This document shows, one piece after another, positions 22,761 to 35,400 of a stretch of 39,668 bases of DNA. Made by a program: the position numbers and the translations under genes. The stretch lies in contig NC_068983.1 in assembly GCF_001194135.2 (NCBI RefSeq), positions 108,395,136-108,434,803 on the forward strand. The letters are read 5' to 3'. Numbering within the stretch: position 1 is the first letter of the stretch; every line of letters begins with the position of its first letter. The notes beneath the pieces were generated by a model. That model was not told the DNA's origin, ran no database searches, and saw only the letters and a list, made by a program, of their open reading frames with translations. This DNA is from Octopus bimaculoides (Eukaryota).

Positions 22761-25700
22761 AAATAAGTTTTCAACACCATATATTTTCATTCGACTCCCA
22801 ATTCTCTCACAAAACATTGATAAACTTCAGTTTCTTCTAATTTACATTAATGTAGCTTGATTGATTCTTATTAGGATTCTAAAAGAGATTAGTTTAGCAG
22901 AGGAAAGAGTGAATATTGCTAAGATTAAAGTGGTTGAAATTTAAAAGATAAACACTAGACTATTAATTATGTGTTGTGTTTCAAAAAATGATAAATAAAG
23001 AAATCTGAATTTTAAAATAGTGAAACTAATAATTCATATGTGGACGATTCTATTTTTGGAAGTTGTAAGTGAACTGTGAAAAGAAAATTAATTTAATGAA
23101 CTTAACTGCAAATTCACATCCTTCAGGACCATTCTTAAGATGATGGATTGCTACACTTAATAAAGTTCTATTTCTTTGGTAACTTAATCATGGTTGACAG
23201 AAAACCAAAAGATGCTACATGAATATTTTTCGATTGTTAAAGAAAATTAAATGACTGTATATGCAAAAGATATATTTTGGGCACCTCAGTTAGAAAGAAA
23301 AATATTTACAAACAATAAAAAGTAGCTTCATAATTATTGACTTATGATATAGTTTACTGAGACTGTAACTAAACTGCTCTAAGAGCTATTTTTATTCTTG
23401 GAATAAAAATATTTATTTCTTAAGGAGAAAAACATTTCTACTGATCAGCATTTATAAATTACTGGTACTTATTTTACTGGGTGTAAATAAATAAAATGTA
23501 AATTTATTATAGAATTGTAATTCAGAATAATGAGATATCTCATTAGATGAAGTAAGATATAACTTTGTACAACCTATACCAGATTTATTCAGGTATAGAT
23601 TTAGTTTGCAAAGGAACAAACTATATTTAAATTGAAACTCAAGATTTGTTTTACTTGTATGCAATCTGTGACCAGAAGATATTAGTGTATTTAGACATTT
23701 CATCGACTACTTGAAAGGAAGAAAATGTTAGTGGAATATTTGTTGGATCATACCCAATACTTGCTCTGTGTGATGTAGGACAAGTTCAAAACCTTCTAGG
23801 TATAAACTACAACTGTTCCCATGCATGCAAGGTAATTAGTTGGGACAGTTTCAAGACTTAATGAATATAAGCTTAGAGCCTACTTCTTGACTATATCTAC
23901 ATGATTAAGAAAAGCAAAATACAAGCTAACTATCATGAATGTGTATTCATTCTACATTGTTTAATATCATTGCTCCTTTAATAAGGATATGTCAGAATTA
24001 GAAGTAAAATAGTCTTGATGTCATATTAATGATATATTAACAATAATAAAATTATTAGTAAAAAATAGTTTTCACTAAAACATTGGAAACACACAAACAA
24101 CCACCTCAAATTTTATTTATTGAAGCAAGTTTGCTAAAATTAGGTTTCTTTTTTCAAAATTGAATATCTGTTTTATATTCTAATGCTATTGTACCTATTC
24201 TGGATCGTTAATATATCTTACAAGTAAAAAGCATTTGCTTTAACCGACTTCTTTTGAATAATCTGTCAGCCAGATTATACTTTTGATATATACAAACTTC
24301 AGGTTCTATTTTTTCCCTAAAGTTTTACAGAAGCTCAAAATATATTCTATGAAAATTTTATGAAAATATAAATTTTTAGGAATATAAACACACACATATG
24401 TGATTGTATGCATGTAAACATGTATGTATCTATGTGTATTTGTGTATGAGCATATGTAATGTGAGTGCGTGTATGTATGCATAGATATGTTAATGATACA
24501 AAATAGATAAAAATAAATCTAAATTCCAATGAATATAAAATATTGCTATAAAAATATAAATTTTAAAAAATTATTTTCCATGATATTTTTAGCCTCACAT
24601 ATTGTAAATAAAGTAGCAGCTGAATCCTTTAATATTTCAGTGAATTTCTTTTAAATCTATTGAGAGTGAAAACACAAAACTGATCCTTCGAATGGGATTC
24701 TCTATTATTTGCTTTTTTGTATTGTTATTGTTGATTCAATAAAAGATCCCAAAGCTATCTGTTTGAAGATTGTTGCATAAGTTGCTTTAGCAAAAACATC
24801 GAGTGTTTATTTATCACATCTTTCAAAATTCTAGTTCCCTGAATCCATCAAATACAAAATTAGAAAGGGAGAAGGACATTGGCATCTTGTATCATTTTTC
24901 ACTGAAGTTTAATAAAAGAAAGTAAGTTAGAATATGGTGTCCTGTTATTTTTGTTGTGAAGGGGTTGTAGTAATACAAACCAATTAGATTGGATGCTCTT
25001 TAGAACTACTGATATATTTTTGGTTGATATACTGAGTGTTTGTTTAGCAAGTCATTTAATCTGAAATTATGTGTTATGATAAAAACGGTTGTATTTTGAT
25101 TGAGCCACATTATCCTTTAAAATGCATATACACTCTTATATTAACATTTATTATTATTTTGTTACATGTTAAGATGTATTAAAGCATTTTGTAGCACATC
25201 TAAGTCACTGACACTGTAAAATATATACATTTTAAATAACCAATTAAGCTCCATAATGTTATACATATTACAGGTTATTTGGTATATTCAAACATCTATA
25301 CTACTTTGAGTTATGAATTCAGTCGACCTCAAATATCATTATATAGAGTTCACCCAACAGTAGCTAATTTAATAGTTTCTCTAAGTAAAATTTAGGAAAT
25401 AGATATAATACAGAATTAAAACATAACTGTAGATAATAAAAAAATTAATGCTCAGTGCATTTAAAAAAAACATTTTATAACAAATATTGGCTCCAACTTG
25501 ACTTTAAGATGACTTTGCAATTATCCTTAAATATATTAAGTAGAAATTGTGTCAAAAGCAGAAAGTATTTGAGGCTTATGCAGCTCTGGTTCTCACAGTG
25601 TAATACATGATAATACATCTTAGTTTCTTTCTATTTTATATATATCTGCTATCTGGTTTCTATCCTAACCACCTGATATTGCTCCTTGTACATTACTTTC

Positions 25701-28700
25701 TCCTATTATTCCAGGTCTGTCTAGTAGTTTTTGTGGCTTTGTCTACCATACCATTCCACTACTTTGTTACATTTGCCTGGCGGGAACCATGCTCCATCCA
25801 TAGACCTGTCTGTAATTCATAGCATGCGATCTCATATAACTCACAGTTGGTTTCTATAATATATATGTCTCTATTTTCTCATTGGTATACGCATTACCAA
25901 GTAGTCTTTTTGAACCTTCATTTATCTGAAGAATATTACATTTTCTTTGTCTTCTTTCTTCAGATTACTTGTTTCTCTGGTCTGGGTCTATCTACTTCTT
26001 ATTCTGATGTCACTAATCCCTGATTAGTCAATAACCATCTAGTTATCCTGTTTCCTAGTGAATGTGATGTCTATCTAGTATACATGTTCACTGAAGTGGT
26101 AGGTGATCAGACAAAAGCTCAGTTTCCTGAATTAAAAGACTGAAAATGTTTAGGTAATTTGAATTGCTGAACTCCAAGAACATTGATCCCTATTCATTCT
26201 GTGCACCTTATCCATTGGGATATTCATGATGGTATTGCCGAAAATGTACCTTACAGTTGCCAGTAATAAATAATGAGGTTGTTGTTACTATTTGCTACTG
26301 AGGCAGTCTGTATGAAGCTCTCATGGAAATGGTTCTTTTATTTATCAGTCACTCCTAATTGTTGTGCATATGTAGAGAATAACGTTGCTGTGACATTGCT
26401 CATGATCAGTCTAAGCTTACTTAATCTGTTACATGCTTTGGTTACTTAAATTATTTTATCTTTACGGTTCTCAAACAATAATATATTTACTTCATCAACT
26501 ATATATTTATATGTATCTTAATTGTTTGTACATTTTACTTCTGAGTGTTTCTGATGTGAAACGATTTTTTACAAAATATCAACAAAAAAAAAATCACTAA
26601 ATTATTTTGTACATCAGTTAATCTTGACGACTTTACCCAAAGCAATAATACAATATGATAGCATTGACAGACAGTGCTTTATTTGACAGCACTCTAAAAA
26701 CCACTTGCTCTCTTTCAAATGGTAACATGCATCTGTCACTTCTTTTGTTTCTTTCATGTTAAGATAATTTTTAAAAAGTTGTTCACAATATGATACTCTT
26801 TTAAAAGCATTTCAGTTGATATTACACTTTTACAATCTTTCAAATTCTTCCACATTGGATAAACTCAAACAATAATAAGCCCACCAACTAAAATAAGACA
26901 GATGCAATACCACCAACAAAATTCTTTTATTGAGTTAAGGAATATTCATTTTTAGAATTTGGGATATTTATAAAGTATTTAACAACAATAATAATTGTGA
27001 GTGTTTCCTACCAATATACTTAAAATGTATTCAGATGGAAACCATTCATATCTATTTTATGTTTGATTCATTGTTAAGAATATCTTATAAAATCTTACAT
27101 AGATGTTTTAGAAATACTCAAATATAATTTTGACCAAAGAAGAAACAGGAAAATAGAATATTCCAAAAATAACTAAACAAACAATGTCTTCATTCTTTCT
27201 TCTCTGTCTTTTCATATTATTATATATACATATGGCTCTATAGGTACACAAGAACACACACACATGCATACATTTATATATTTATATGATATAAATATAC
27301 GTGTTTATATATATATATATATATGAATATTAATAGATTCTGTTGATATACTGATGCATATATGTATGACTTTACATGTATATATTTGTACCGTCACATA
27401 TTCTATTCTCTTTCTTATACATGCATTTGTGCATTATGTGCGTATGTACAAAATACATATAAATACATGCATACATAATGTATGAATGTAAGTTTCTATA
27501 CAAACTTCTTTTTACCCAATATGGTTCATGTAATTTGCATAAAAGTATATTTACTTACAACAAGGTAAATTAATTAAAATGTGTTACTCATAATTTTTGA
27601 ATAATTTAAAATGTAAGCTAAAGTATACTTATTTGATATGCATTGAATTTTAGCCTTCAAGTGACAAGTGAACAAAGTAGTGAGCCAAAGATTTATATCT
27701 CTTAATAGTTTGAAAATGTGGGAATTGGTATATGTTACCATAACAAGAAGAAGCTGTATATGAAATAATTCCTAATTACCTTCAGAAAGACCACTTGACT
27801 AACTGGCAAAATTTCAGTGAGCCTTCCATAGTCAAGTTGTTTTTGTTTCTACATTTTATGCCACTGTTATAATAGCGTCTCCTACACTAATTAACAAGCT
27901 ATGTGCCAATTGCAGTGAAGTTTCCATAGATTGACCTATCTTTTTTCTATCACTGGGCGATTTAACAAAATCTGTGGTTAAACCGATTTGTTTACTTTTA
28001 ACAGTAAAGGTAAAAATAGTTCTTTAGTGTCACATAAACACCACTAATGCCAATGTCATGTAAGATGCACCTGTGCTGGTTCCACATGTAAAAGCACCCG
28101 TTTGGGACCATGTAGAAAACTCCTGTTTCAAGAAGACTTGAAACTGGTTAGAATGGCCCTACTTTTTTCTGGGTTATGGAGAGATAAAAGCCTGTAGTGT
28201 AACAACTTTGTCTAATTTTCACAACGAGGCTAAAATTGTATGACGTTTATTTTAAAAAATGTATATCTTACATTACATCTCAAACTGCACACACACACAC
28301 ACACAAACGCACACACACACACAATCAAGCACAAGCACATATACATATATCCGTAGGTAATAAGATGACTATATGTGCATTTAACTGTGCAGTGCAATTG
28401 TGTTTGTGAGTGATAAAAACTATATATGTGACATATATACTCAAACAAACATACACACACATATGTAAAATAAGGGTATGAAAAAGCAAGCAACTTATAC
28501 TCCACAAATAAATATGTGTGTGGGTGTGTATGTTCACAATACATAAGATTTTATCCATTTATCAAAATAATAATCTAGATGATTCAGATTTCATGCTTCA
28601 ACTCAATAGACTTCTTTTTCTGCTATTAATTCTTCTCCATAATGATAATACTGCTTATAAGTCACTAAGAGAACAAACTGTTTTTCCCTTTCGATCAATA

Positions 28701-31003
28701 AAAACTGTTGTGTAATGATGCTGCCCAAGTTGGCACCAACATAGTCAAGATCTTAGCAGTTTTACATACATCATCACCCAGCTGTAGAATACTTTGATAA
28801 CAAAAGCAGATTAGAGTCATGCTTAATGGTATATATAATTCAGATTCTCTCCTGCTTTTCATTTTCCTTTTCTCATACTGGTCTGACAAAGAAACCAGAA
28901 GGCAAGTAAGTAGATTTTCAACTGAAAGTTAGTGGCTCCATGCCTCATAAAGTGTCTGCTATTGCATTATATTGCAATGATTATTATATTCAAATTATAT
29001 TAATGTAGTTCCAGCAGTCTAGATGCCATATAATGTAACTTTACAATACATCTTAGTATATTCTGATTTCTATTAACATGGGTAGCAAGTCTTAATTAGA
29101 GTAAGCACAAAATAAGAAAGATTTTGAATATATATATATTTTGTCTTGTATTACTTTCTTTTACAAGTAAAAATAAATCTTTTTTTTTATTTCAATGAGT
29201 GTTTATGAATTTTGTGGATGTGGTGTGTGTGTTTGTGTGTGTTTGTGTGAGTATGTGTATATGTGTAAATGTTTCAGGTTAAATCAGATGCCATTCTCTA
29301 AGTGAATGTAATTTGTGAAATTTTATATAAATTTAAAATTTTCTTGCTGGATAACATATTCTAATGTTCATTGTTTGCAACTTTAAAACAGTTAATACAT
29401 TTATGTACCCAAAATAATTAACTGCATTTAAAAAAAAGAATAAAATATTGATGCAAATACAGAAAGCAGATGAAAGAGTTAAAGCCTAGGGGCAATTATT
29501 TTTAATTATCTTTTGTTTGTCTTCTATGTCTCTCCAGTCAGTTTACATATGTTTTTAAAAAAAGAGATGCATTTTCATCATCTCAAATAGTAAAGGAAAA
29601 ACTTAACTGTCAGAGCCTTCAGTGAGCAGAAGTAGTATTAACACTTTAAAAAAGAGAAACATAATTTAGTTATTGATCTTTTCAATGCATGAACAAAATT
29701 GAGTTCATCAGTGACAAAGAATTGAGGACATGTAACAAAGGAAATTCATGATCATGAATGTAGTGGTGATTTTCAAAAACTTTAACTTACAAACTCTAAT
29801 AATAAACGGATACCCTACTTTATATAAAGCACAGACAAGTATTTAAATGCATTAATGTTACAATTCTAAAACAATGTGAAGTTGAAAATAGTAACAATTG
29901 GTGTGATAGATTGCTCTTTCACGTTTCAACAAAACTATTTTTAAATTGATTAGGTACTGAATGCTTAAATGTTTAGAGAATGTTTCTAGACTTCAACAAT
30001 CAAACTTTGAGGTAAACTGTCTTGCCTAAATAAATATTTACATCTAAATGAATTATAGAAAACCAAAGTAGAGTAAAGAAACTATTTTTAAAACTTTGAA
30101 ACTTATTATGAGCAGAAATAAGAAGATAATTTTAAAATGAAAGCCAGCATTGGAAAAAAATTATGTTGTCTCATTAGAGACAATTCTGAAAATGCAAATG
30201 TATACCTATCTACCTTACAGGCATATTGATAATGTTAGTGTTTGTTTACATAGCTTTATTTTTATTACATTCTATTTTTCTTGAGCAATAGCAGTACAAT
30301 ACTAGTAAACAAACAAGTACACTAATACAGACTTACTTGCTTCACTTTAAGAAAATATTTCTTTAGAGTATAACAAGAGCTTCATTGAGCAATGAATCAG
30401 AAGTCATATAATTAATAGGATTATAATTGCACTTTCGTTTCTATCTCAAACATAAATATCATAATAGACTCTGTCATAATTCAAACAATCTAGTTTCAAA
30501 ATAGAATTATCTAATTTCTTTTTTATCTTTGCTTATCAATGTTTTATCCTACATCATATTGACATTATATTGATTTCTAATTTTATCTTAAGCCGCACAT
30601 CCATAGAAATGAGTATTGGAAATTTATCTGGAACCAGTATATTACTGGTCATACTTTATCAAATTTGGAGAGATAAAGGTAGAATTATCCCTCAACATGA
30701 ACTGAACTCTAACTGAAAATATATGACCAAACAGTATACCACCTTTAGCTTCACATTTCACCATATCTGTCAAATATCATTTGTGTAATATTGAATGATT
30801 TTGAGTGATAAAATATGACTTATGTTTTTGTCAGAGGCAATAGAATACTATACTTTTATTAGTGAGATATATTTATAATATTATTCTATATGCTATGATA
30901 TATGTTCAAGTGTTACATTTTTACAAGCTTAAAACCTATGCATCAAAGACATAATAAAAATCCTTAACATAGAGAAAAAGTTTGTGTGTTATGCTTTCAG
31001 CAA

Positions 31004-31196
31004 CTAACTCTTTTGACACCAACTAGCCTGAAAGCAGCCCTGGTTCTGTGATACACACACCTGTTTTAAAGTGGCATAAATTTGAACCTTCTGTCAACAT
31101 TTTATGATAATTCATGTTCCAAACACCATACTAAATCCTTCAATATTTTCAAAATTACTTGTGACAAAGGCAGAAATGTGGTAACAGAAGGGTTAA
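31004..31196. mobile_element. possible piggyBac-type non-autonomous element (MITE)
   Basis: Right end ...tggtaacagaaggg|TTAA; left end CTAA|ctcttttgacacca, a 10/14 match to the reverse complement of the right end. Confidence 0.4.
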
Positions 31197-32115
31197 ATAT
31201 GCAATGAAATTATAATTGAGATCTTGAACATAATGAAAATAATGAAGATTTATATATTTATGAAGCAAAATAGAAATAAAAGGCTATTTATATAGCATGA
31301 AGCTTTTACAAGTCCAACAAGTATTTGTAATTATTTTTGGCTTCAACCAAAAGAAGAATTCCTTTATATCAGGAAACTGAAATTTGGAACAGCTTCTATG
31401 TATATTCAGAGAGAAATACTAGCTAAAGAATCTAATAATGCAAGGTTCAATAGATAAAGAAGAGATAAATTAAAATTAAACAAGCAAGAAATAACAGAGT
31501 ATTTGGAAATTGCATAAATGAAAACAAGCAAGTAAATCAAATTAATGTGAGGAAAATACCCAGGAAAATATCACTACTACATTTATGACTTGTAAACAAA
31601 ATGCAGTTAGTCATGCTAAACTTTAAATAGATTCTTTTAAAGAAGATAACTGCTGAAGATAGAGAGTAAATTTTTTTTATTATACTTAAAAAGAATGAAG
31701 AAAGACAATATGAAAGACAGTAAATGATTTTGTAAAAACTGAACAAAGACAATTAGTAAACAATCACTTATTGGAATATAAAGAGTGCTAAAATATTTTT
31801 GCTTCGAGGTAACTTAAAATGATGTATCTCATTAATATGATGTGAATCTGGATAAATTTCACATAAAGAGAATGATAAATAAATGAAAAGAGGTCAGATA
31901 TGAAACATTAGATAATATTTAGAAAACATGAGTGAGTGCTAACAGATTTTAAAAAATTCAATTAATTAAGCAGAATTTAGGCTAGTTGAAATATGTTTGT
32001 GACACATTTCAACTGCTAAAAGGCAAATACACTGCATATACTGTGGAGAATAAATCTCTCTTGTGGTAAAAAGGTATGGAAACACTGGTACGTTCTGTGT
32101 CACCATCTATTAATA

Positions 32116-32163
32116 ATCTCAGACGTCAATGTTTCGAGCTATTTTGGCTCTTGTCAATGAGAT
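32116..32163 (-). ncRNA. type I hammerhead ribozyme with U3-A8 core
   Basis: Minus strand ATCTCA-TTGACAA-GAGC(caaaata)GCTC-GAAA-C(attgac)G-TC/TGAGAT: 6-bp stem I, 4-bp stem II, 2-bp stem III, GUC cleavage triplet. Confidence 0.75.
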
Positions 32164-32451
32164 GTACTTAAGAGAGGCAACTCTGAACGAACCTAATAAG
32201 CTATAGCTTTATGTATAATCCAGTCAATACATCGACTGATTTGTGCTAATAGACCACCTGATCGAGGTAAACAACGAAGCATTAGCACGAAGCAGTGTTT
32301 AGGTATGAGCAGAATTTAGGCTAGTTGAAATATGTTTGTGATGCATTTCAACTGCTAAAAGGGAAATACACAGTTACGATGGAGAATAAGTCTTTCTTAT
32401 GGTAAAAAGGTGTGAAAACACTGGCTCGTTCGGTGTTGCCATTTATTAGAA

Positions 32452-32499
32452 ATCTACGACATTGATGTTCTGAGCTATTTTCGCTCTCATCAATGAGAT
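32452..32499 (-). ncRNA. degenerate second hammerhead copy
   Basis: Minus strand ATCTCA-TTGATGA-GAGC(gaaaata)GCTC-AGAA-C(atcaat)GTC/GTAGAT. GAAA is broken and stem I is shortened. Confidence 0.55.
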
Positions 32500-35400
32500 G
32501 TACCTATTGACTGGATTATACATAAAGCTATAGCTTACTAGGTTCGTTCAGTGTTGCCTCTCTTAAGTACATCTCATTCACCACAGTAACTGCAGTGTAT
32601 TTGCCTTTTGGCAGTTGAAATGTGTCACAAACATATTTCAACTAGCCTAAATTCTACTCATACTTAAACACTGCTTTGCGCTAATACTTCGTCAGTTAAT
32701 TAAAATCATTGTTGCACTGAGGAGACAATATTAATTAAATCTAGTGAAGACAAAGAGAGGCCAACTCCAATATTTTAATAAATCAAAAATTAGAATCATG
32801 TTCGCAGTAAAAGAATAAAAACATTAATTCACGACTAAAATTTCTTAATCTGATCTTTACCAAGCACAATGCTAACTAGAAACATGTTTCAGTCTTATCA
32901 AACATTCTCAGTAAAGCATAAGCTTTTTGAGCTGCCAGATCAAATGATAGAAACTACTACATAGATATATAAGAAATAAACACAAGCTAGTGAGACTATA
33001 TAATGAGCGAAGGAAATTACCTAGAGACATCATTCACATGAAACACAAAAGCTGAGTGAATACTAACATACATTATAGAGAGAGCAAAATAATTTCCATT
33101 AGTTAGAATCGTCACTGCAGGGAGGAGAGAAAAACAGATTTTGTTATTAATTTTAATCAAATCTGGTGATAGGCAAAGATTTATACAACTCTGTATTAAT
33201 TACAGGAAAGCTTAATTTAACTGGTTTTAAAAATTAGATACTCCTTGTTATATCTCACAAACAGCTAAATATTATCATTATTTTGTTTTTGTATTAATCT
33301 GACTTTTAATTGCTGATATGGTTTAGTTTTACAATTTGATTAAAGTTGTTACTTTTTCTTTCAAATTCCAGAAAAAAGTATTTTAATAGTATGTAACAAT
33401 GTTAGAAGTTATTAGATGCCATAGTAAGGAATGCACTTAAAAAAAATGTTAAGGATTACAGTGTATTTGAAAACAAATGGAGTGGGGGAAGTATATTTTA
33501 AATGCTGTACTTTTGCTTCTCTTCCACTTCATGTAGGTTATTGATAAACTCAGTCATTCACCTCAATGCCTATTAATCTTAAGATGGAGGCTGCAATTTA
33601 ACTATCAAAAGAAAAATGCTAATCACAAAATTTAAAAACAAACTATAATACATATGAATAAATTCATACTAGTGATAAGAATGCTGAGAGTAAGAGTAAC
33701 AGAATTTTGAAACCAAAACGTTTTTTTTTAAGTCAAACTTCTTAGTTGTTAAAATTGTATTTTTATTATTTCATTTTTGTGGTATCTTTTACATATGAAT
33801 TTTAATAACCTTTCCTTTTTTATCTATTGTAAACATGCATAGTTAAGCTTATTCTTTCATTGTTTATACTAAGTCACTTTTCTTTTTCTTTTGGTCCATC
33901 TCTCTATCTTTCCATGTCTCCTGTCCACAAGTGTATGCACGTTGTTAGTATTTTCTTTGCTGCTTTTCTTTCTTCAGTTTATTCAACATGTTTTCCATTA
34001 TGTTTTCCAAGTACTCTAACTTGTTTCTTATTTATTTAATTTTACATTGATCTATTCTTTAATTTTGTGAATGTTATGTTGCATGGTTTCTTTTAATGAT
34101 TTGTATCTTTATCACATTTCAAATTCTTAGTTCCAAGGAAGTTCTTTTAAACTTTGGCTTGAATATTGCAATTTGAGTCACTACAAAAATTTAGAGTTCA
34201 TTTGTAACTCATTTAATCTTTCACAGATTCTATTTCTTCTTAATAGCTAAAGAGACATATAAAATGTAACTTATCCTAAATCCCTCCTATTATAGTATGT
34301 CTATTGGCTTTAAGATGCTTTGCATGTAGTTCCCTCGTAAATAGAATTAAGAAAATATTCACTGACAGTTAACAAATTTAAAAATAAATTATATTGGGGA
34401 AATGGGATTGCTGATCCAAATATTGCCTATTACTCTGAGCAAAATGAAATTATCTCATAAATAAATAACCACATCATTATGTTTATAAAAGGCCATATAT
34501 TTAAGATTTATAACTAAAAAATTCTATTACAAATCCATTTTACATTTTATGCATTATCTATAAATATATGCTCTCATTCAACCATCTAGCATTTATTTTA
34601 TAGTAGCATATTTTATACTGAAGTTATAATGTTCACTCCACACTAGCCCAGCACCAATGATATGTCAGTAATTTCTAATAAAAAAATAAATTAGAGAAAA
34701 GCTATTTTGTACTAAATGTAAAATACTTCTAAAAGTAGTCTATACTTTTCTCATACATTTCTTTCCTTCTAGGTGTACTGCGCCATTGTTCAATGACTAA
34801 GTAACCCTGTCTGGGACAAAACACAGTTCTATTGACAGGATATATATTATTGGCAGCTATTTAATTATTTCTCTTCTCAAATACAATTTTTGTAATTTCA
34901 ATTATCATTGGTAAACACATGATGCCCAGTTTCCCTTAGTTAAACCCTACTCATTTGACTAGTTCTTATTTGATATTTTTCAGTTAATATTCTGATATTT
35001 TATAATGAAAAAATATAGTCAATCTTCATTTGCCCTTCCCTATTGAATGTTTTTAAAATTTATTCTATTAACTATCATTTTCAAGCATCATAAACTATGT
35101 GAAATTAGTTTATATGAAACTCTTTCTAAAGAAAAAAAATTAATAGAAATAAAATTAAAAAAAATAAAATCAAGCTTAAATATTGTTGAAAAAAAAAAAA
35201 TAGTTTTCATTTATATGAAATTTCTAAAAAAAAAAAAAATATTAAATCATCAACACAAGAATGAGAAAGTTGAAAGTAAGAAATTAGTATTTAAGATAAG
35301 AAATAACTTAATTTCCTTTAGATGAGATGACCAATAACAATAGAAGAAAATGATTTTGATGCTTTTATTTTCCAATGACAAGTCATTTTTAAACAGTTAC

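Larger units (their letters stand above)
31970..32695 (-). mobile_element. non-coding hammerhead-carrying element (retrozyme-like or Penelope pLTR array)
   Basis: Direct repeat A1 31969-32167 and A2 32308-32503 (period ~339 bp). 32505-32578 is an inverted copy of 32156-32229. 32579-32692 is an inverted copy of the unit junction. TTAATTAA on both flanks. HHR motif in both A copies. Confidence 0.7.

Noticed and set aside
25620-26340. Minus-strand stretch with faint RTE-like motifs (INVLGVQ; LWMEHG...KTTRQTW)
   Set aside because: Too degraded to support; the matches are only a few residues.
28839-28907. Hydrophobic frame DSLLLFIFLFSYWSDKETRRQ ending at a strong donor gtaagt
   Set aside because: The hydrophobicity comes from a simple pyrimidine-rich tract, and there is no homology or exon chain.
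31969-32692. Repeated units considered as a CRISPR-like array
   Set aside because: Units are ~200-340 bp, partly inverted, in eukaryotic repeat-rich DNA with no cas genes. They are better explained by a retrozyme or pLTR structure.
34773-34800. Strong acceptor (ctttccttctag|G) with a 28-nt exon or terminal CTAPLFND*
   Set aside because: Too short to identify, with no supporting upstream exons.
35047-35325. 92-aa Lys/Ile-rich ORF
   Set aside because: Product of poly-A runs in extremely AT-rich DNA.
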